Part shown: one piece after another, positions 62,692-64,000 of the stretch
Layout: every line of letters begins with the position of its first letter
Position numbering within the stretch: the stretch's first letter is position 1
Origin: Macrostomum hystrix
Lineage: Eukaryota > Animalia > Platyhelminthes
Assembly (NCBI GenBank): GCA_950097015.1
Contig: CATNEN010000025.1
Span: forward strand, 62,001-126,000
DNA length: 64,000 nt
Direction: 5' to 3'
Notes under the pieces: model-generated
Seen by the model: only the letters and a program-made list of their open reading frames with translations
Database searches by the model: none
What the model was told of the DNA's origin: nothing
Translations under genes and position numbers: made by a program

Positions 62692-63057
62692 CTTAAAGAA
62701 GCCGCGGTTCCTCTTCCTCCGCTTGACCGTGCTCTCCTTGTACAGGTCGATGAGTGTGTGGTAGGAGAGCTTTTCGGCGGTGTCGTAGAACATCACCCGG
62801 CCGTCGTAGGTGCCAACAGCCAGCAGCTGGCCCCCTCGGCAGAAGCAGAGCGCCGTGATCATGTTGGTGTGCCTGGTTGGCACTTGTCTCCAGGCGGACA
62901 CTTTCTTATCTGACAGGCTCCATAGGCGCAGCTTGCCGTCCATGCTGCCAGAGACAAAGACTCGATCGTCCTTGGGGTGGAAGGCGATGGCGGGCACGTA
63001 GTCCGAATGGGAGAAGCTGCACAGGCAGTCCTGCTTGTGCACATGCCAGAGGCGGAC
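62692..63057 (-). CDS. WDR44: WDR44 internal exon
   Basis: cccag|VRLWHVHKQDCLCSFSHSDYVPAIAFHPKDDRVFVSGSMDGKLRLW..AVGTYDGR..FFK|gtgtgc; 366 nt, phase 0/0. Confidence 0.95.
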
Positions 63058-63197
63058 CTGGGTAATGAGGAGAAAAAAGACCTACCATATTTACACATCC
63101 TTTTTTAGCCAGAAAGTCTAGATGAAGCTAACCAGGATTGGATTGTTACCTACTCGATATGTATCGAAAAAAGGGATTGTAGTCTATTATTTGAAAC

Positions 63198-63412
63198 ATC
63201 GGAGTCACGACTAGAAGGTGGAGGGTTCGATTCCCGACTCCACTGGAACAATGTGCTTTTTAGGAAGACACTTGAAACATTGGATTGCTTCAGTTCACCC
63301 TACTGCTAAATGGGTACCAGCATTGGCTGGGTTAATTGAGGGTGGGTGTGGAGCACCCCAGTCTTTGCTGTTGGCCGCACATCTGGCCCGATTGGGCCAT
63401 CGAAATAATTGA
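63198..63412 (+). mobile_element. SINE family A, diverged and internally deleted copy
   Basis: tcacgactagaaggtggagggttcgattcccgactccactggaacaat...ttgcttcagttcacc...aaatgggtaccagcat matches family A. Confidence 0.8.
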
Positions 63413-63598
63413 AATACGGGTACAAAATAATTGGAAGCTGGTTTCAGCTTCCTAATCGATAGCTACCCGATATGTATCGAAATATTTATCTATACGTAAT
63501 GCGACGGAGGCATTCCGAGATTTTGACGCAGAGAAGAATAGACAGTTAGTAAAAGAAATGGGCAATAAGAAACAGACTAACCAGCCCAGTCCACTTAC

Positions 63599-64000
63599 GG
63601 TGCAGTCCATGGACGCACTGAGCAGGAAGAGATTCCTGGACCAGCTGAGATCCAGCACAGGCGCCTCGTGTCCCCGGCAAACAAGGAATGGCTTGGATCT
63701 GAACGGACTCTTGCGCGAGTTCTCCAATTCGTCGTCGGCTACGCTGCTCCAGCCTTCGCTTTCGGCGGCTCCGCTAGCCGAAGACACACTGTCCAAAAAG
63801 TCGTCGTCGTCGTTATTGACAATGGCAGCTTCGGCTCGGCTCATCAGGCGGCCAATCGTCGACGAGCCGGATGAGGCGGCCTCAAACCTGGCGCTGACTC
63901 GCTGCCTGGCCGCGTCGTAGCGCCTGTAGTGAGTGCGCAGGACGAACATCCTCACCGAGTTGTCGTTGCAGCCGGTGGCTAAGAAAACTCCGCAGGGTGA
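63599..64000 (-). CDS. WDR44: WDR44 internal exon, truncated by the window end
   Basis: SPCGVFLATGCNDNSVRMF...PFRSKPFLVCRGHEAPVLDLSWSRNLFLLSASMDCT|gtaagt matches PFRQRPFCKYKGHTADLLDLSWSKNYFLLSSSMDKT. Confidence 0.93.

Noticed and set aside
63150-63483. 22-bp imperfect direct repeat (ctac.cgatatgtatcgaaa) as the SINE's TSD
   Set aside because: Both copies lie 30-50 bp away from the SINE ends, so they do not fit a TSD; no other interpretation is supportable.

Overview
Animal (invertebrate) genomic DNA, not prokaryotic. It carries four spliced protein-coding genes, all on the minus strand. Right to left: the 3' part of WDR44 (4 exons, runs off the window end), CCDC25 (2 exons), a DEG/ENaC-family channel (4 exons, 599 aa) and a myosuppressin-receptor/dmsr-like class A GPCR (2 exons, about 447 aa). 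I reconstructed all 8 introns by hand with GT-AG ends and consistent phases. Roughly 35 kb of the 64 kb (my estimate) is tandem repeat, in about 20 arrays with units of 5-76 bp, almost all unrelated to each other. Several arrays fill otherwise short introns up to a few nt from the splice sites. Also present: two tRNA-derived SINE families with TSDs, a hAT-type MITE with an 8-bp TSD, two long inverted repeats and a decayed LINE reverse-transcriptase fragment. The long repetitive ORFs in the ORF track are translations of the arrays. A free-living flatworm (Macrostomum-like) origin is my inference from the gene families and repeat architecture and is not verified. Best leads: introns inflated by private minisatellites, SINE-supplied in-frame splice acceptors in the channel gene, a possible trans-splice acceptor at CCDC25, a CRISPR-looking array that is really captured flanking DNA, and atypical channel pore residues.
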